From Podarcis gaigeae (Eukaryota): a stretch of DNA of 64,000 nucleotides. The translations under genes were made by a program, and so were the position numbers. The notes under the pieces were generated by a model. That model did no database searches. It had not been told where the DNA came from and worked only from the letters and a program-made list of their open reading frames with translations. The DNA lies in the NCBI GenBank assembly GCA_964106915.2, contig OZ066922.1, one strand, 5' to 3'. Shown one piece after another: positions 63,379-64,000 of the stretch (positions are counted from its first letter, which is position 1; every line of letters begins with the position of its first letter).

Positions 63379-64000
63379 GTCTATACCTATGATCTATATG
63401 CATCACAAGAGTGAAGAACCTCTGGCCTGTAGGACAGATACAGCCCACAGGGCCTTCTGCTCCTAGCTCCAACTCCATGCAGCAATTAGGCTTGAAAAAT
63501 GCCTTCCACTGGCATTGAAGTGTTAACTGCTTGGGGGTGGGGTGGCAGAAGGGGTTGCAGACAGGCACCTCTGAGATCACCCTCCCTCTGGAAATCCCTG
63601 ATGAAGCAATTAAGATTTTTTAAAGGACTTACACTGGCTCCAAAGGGAGGCTTCTTCGGGTGTCATTGCTGCAAAAGAAAGGAGTGGAGGAACAAGAGCA
63701 GCGTGGTGTGGGCGTTTGTGTGTGAGAATATGAATGAATGAATGTGTGCTATGTGAGAGACTTGGGGTTGCCCCATCCACTTTTGGCTCCATTCATAGCT
63801 GCCATGTAGTGACGCCCTCCATCTGAAAAGCATTCCCCACCCATGATTTCACATGACAGAGCAGGAGAAAGCTATGAAGGGAACAAAGTGGCAGGGTGAA
63901 GCCACTATGCTAGCTTCCCAGAAGGTAGAAATAAAATTGGAGGGTATAGGGTTATTCATGCTTCCATGATAGTACCATACACACCCACACTAAAGCCTGC

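Overview
Vertebrate genomic DNA, most likely from a squamate (probably a lacertid lizard; inferred from Sauria-type SINEs, BovB, CR1, Penelope-like and squamate-type MITE content). The + strand carries the 3' part of MARCHF1 (RING-CH E3 ubiquitin ligase): six coding exons between 11058 and 54935, including a 750-nt phase-symmetric cassette exon, plus a candidate internal start codon at 20259 for a short isoform. The - strand carries the last three coding exons of TMA16 (59108-63090), converging tail-to-tail with MARCHF1. The rest is intron or UTR densely filled with transposon remnants, many with readable TIRs and TSDs. I found no convincing new gene system. The most notable points are a cassette exon that re-supplies the first RING cysteine, a candidate internal immune-type promoter and start, a perfect 160-bp palindrome, a Penelope-like fold-back centred on a hammerhead-like stem, two adjacent SINEs with different tRNA heads on the same CR1-like tail, and hairpin arrays inside DNA-transposon MITEs. 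Gene and repeat family names come from recalled similarity, not database searches.
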